DNA from: Octopus sinensis
Lineage: Eukaryota
NCBI RefSeq assembly: GCF_006345805.1
Contig: NC_042997.1
Location: 131,378,001-131,442,000, forward strand
Length of the DNA: 64,000 nt
Direction of reading: 5' to 3'
A program made the position numbers and the translations under genes. Shown one piece after another: positions 61,801 to 64,000 of the stretch. Each line of letters starts with the position of its first letter. Position 1 is the first letter of the stretch. The notes beneath the pieces were generated by a model. It was not told the DNA's origin. It did no database searches and saw nothing but the letters and a program-made list of their open reading frames with translations.

Positions 61801-62194
61801 TTTTACCCTTTTACTTGTTTCAGTCATTTGACTGTGGCCATGCTGGAGCACCACCTTTAGTCAAGCAAATCGACCCCAAGACTTATTCTTTGTAAGCCTA
61901 GTACTTATTATATCAGTCTCTTTTGCCGAACCGCTAAGTTATGGGGACGTAAACACACCAGCATCAGTTGTCAAGCGATTTGGAGGGGGGGGGAACAAAC
62001 ACAGACACACAAACATACACACACATATATATACATATATACGACAGGCTTCTTTCAGTTTCCATCTACCAAATCCACTCACAAGGCTTTGGTCGGCTCG
62101 AGGCTATAGTAGAAGACACTTGCCCAAGGTGCCATGCAGTGGGACTGAACTCGGAACCATGTGGTTGGTAAGCAAGCTACTTACCACACAGCCA
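61801..62194 (-). mobile_element. SINE family B (partial copy also at ~62868-63100)
   Basis: Full reverse-complement match. Confidence 0.85.
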
Positions 62195-63963
62195 TGACCC
62201 CCATGACTTAGTATGACTGAAACACGTGAAAGATCAAGATAACTCAATTTGTCACAAAAATCCACATAGAACATAACATTAATAACATAAATTTAATCCT
62301 CATTGCATTGCTAATAATGAAGACTTTTATTATAGATTTCTCTAAAAAAAAAAAAAAGTATTTTCGATTAGACTATTGCTGCTGTTATAGATTTATCTAT
62401 AAAAAGGGATTCATAAATGAAACAAAAGCGTGATGAAAGGATAGATTTTCAGGTGAGATGAAATTTGAGATGGTTCTACTTGCTGTTCACTACTCACCTA
62501 GTTCTGTCTCAGGCTGCTTACCGATTATCTGTAACCTGTGATACAACAATACCTTCGATGCCTTCAGATCAATATATAAAAAAATGTATAACAATTGATT
62601 TCCAATGATGTTGGTAAACATTATTTGTTTTTAACATTTATTCATAAATGTACTTTATGGGAGTTTGTATTTTTAGCTAAATGCACATATTTGCATTGTT
62701 TTTGATGTCAATACCACATATAAACACATACTCAGACATGCAGACACATGCCAAGAAAATAGCTGCTATTTGGTTACTTAGCCTGCTAGAAATAGCAGCC
62801 AAATCTCCCTAAAATCATACTTGCCAAACTTATGTTCCAAACACCAGCCTAATCTCATTCTCATTTCTCATTTACTTGTTTCAGTCATTTGACTGCGGCC
62901 ATGCTGGAGCACTGCCTTTAGTCGAGCAAATCGACCCCAGGACTTATTCTTTGGAAGCCAAGTACTTATTCTATCGATCTCTTTTGCCAAACCACTAAGT
63001 TACGGGGACGTAAACAAACCACCATCGATTGTCAAGCTATGTTGGGGGACAAACACAGACACACAAACATATACACACACACATACATACATACATACAT
63101 ATATATATATTAATGACACTTTAGAAACTATTATGAAGTAATATAATGTACTATTGACTATGTATATTTGCATCTAGGTATTAATTTGTGTATGTTTATC
63201 ACAATATTAAGTCGAAAAACTGAGACATTGAGTGTGGAACACATATATGTTTACTAATTTTTATTATTTATTTATATCATTATGTAAATGTATATTTTTA
63301 TATGTATAGGAGTGTGAGTATATGCACTCATATGTATATATATATATATGTTGTATTGTGGGTACGTACCCACACCCATGTAGGTATATATGTAGACTGA
63401 GTTATATTACATAATCTCCGAAGAGGCCTTGTGATATTTTTGTTAATGTCTCATTTATATCTATATATTGACCAACCATAAAGGGCTAATATTGGTAAAA
63501 TGAGACATAATTATCGACATGGCCGAAATAGCTGTAAGATCTAATTTATACTTATATTTATATTTACTTGTATTTATATTCTTTTTTATATATATTCTAC
63601 TTATTATACAACATTACTCTTTTATGTACACTTTTTTATGTACATTCCTTTTTGTACACTGATTTGTTCTGCTTTTTATATTTAACCCTACAATCTCTTA
63701 TGTGGTGGTTTAATAAAGTATGTGATTGAGTATTATCTGGTAATTGATATTTGATTTAGATGTATTTCTCCATTTTCTTATCTTGTATTAGTAATTTGTG
63801 GTAAATCATTTTACCTTTGCCCATATAATACAGTAAATGAATTGATTGCATCGCAATCATTAACATTTATGTATTAACTTTGTTGGGTACTTCACTAGCA
63901 GTATATTGGATATACGTTATCCCATAGAGGGTTGCATTTACAACCCTTATCTCAATTTGTATA

Positions 63964-64000
63964 TCTCTCTCTATATAAACGGCAGTTTGTTGTGTCTGTT
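63964..64000 (+). mobile_element. Probable 5' end of a Helitron-type element, cut by the window edge
   Basis: TC start tctctctctatataaacggcagtttgttgtgtctg. Confidence 0.4.

Noticed and set aside
61369-61895. Long ORFs rich in HT/CV/IY repeats (also 20204-20981, 55014-55367)
   Set aside because: Translations of TG/TA microsatellites and SINE B, not proteins
62504-62561. Two strong minus-strand donors (gtaagc, gtgagt) with an open frame ASKVLLYHRLQIIGKQPETEL
   Set aside because: No partner exons or homology; isolated splice-like signals are common in 64 kb

Overview
AT-rich, microsatellite-dense, repeat-dominated metazoan DNA. It is most likely an intronic or intergenic region of a coleoid cephalopod (Octopus-like); this is inferred from recalled SINE families and composition, not from a database search. 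No host protein-coding gene could be identified, and nearly all short ORFs in the track are artefacts of SINEs or microsatellites. Clear content: (i) a young, nearly intact RTE-clade LINE on the minus strand (~11101-15969; APE endonuclease, RT with YADD, PHD-like finger, 325-bp duplicated 5' block); (ii) a 5'-truncated CR1-type LINE (33604-34564) and several old RTE relics; (iii) mariner, pogo/Tigger, TTAA (piggyBac-type) MITE and Helitron/Helentron-type relics, including a mariner carrying three nested insertions at 46200-48415; (iv) dozens of tRNA-derived SINEs of at least three modular families (labelled A, B and V-like here), plus a decayed 5S-derived piece. Most notable unexplained structures: a complete minimal hammerhead-ribozyme fold with a compensated U3-A8 core (32117-32164, minus); a three-template mosaic insertion with fold-back (3574-4100); SINE-A multimers with a fixed 184-bp period, position-specific diagnostic bases and one circularly permuted copy; repeated SINE-A targeting of AGAAA-type sites; and several long palindromes that would form dsRNA if transcribed. 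All alignments and folds were done by eye.
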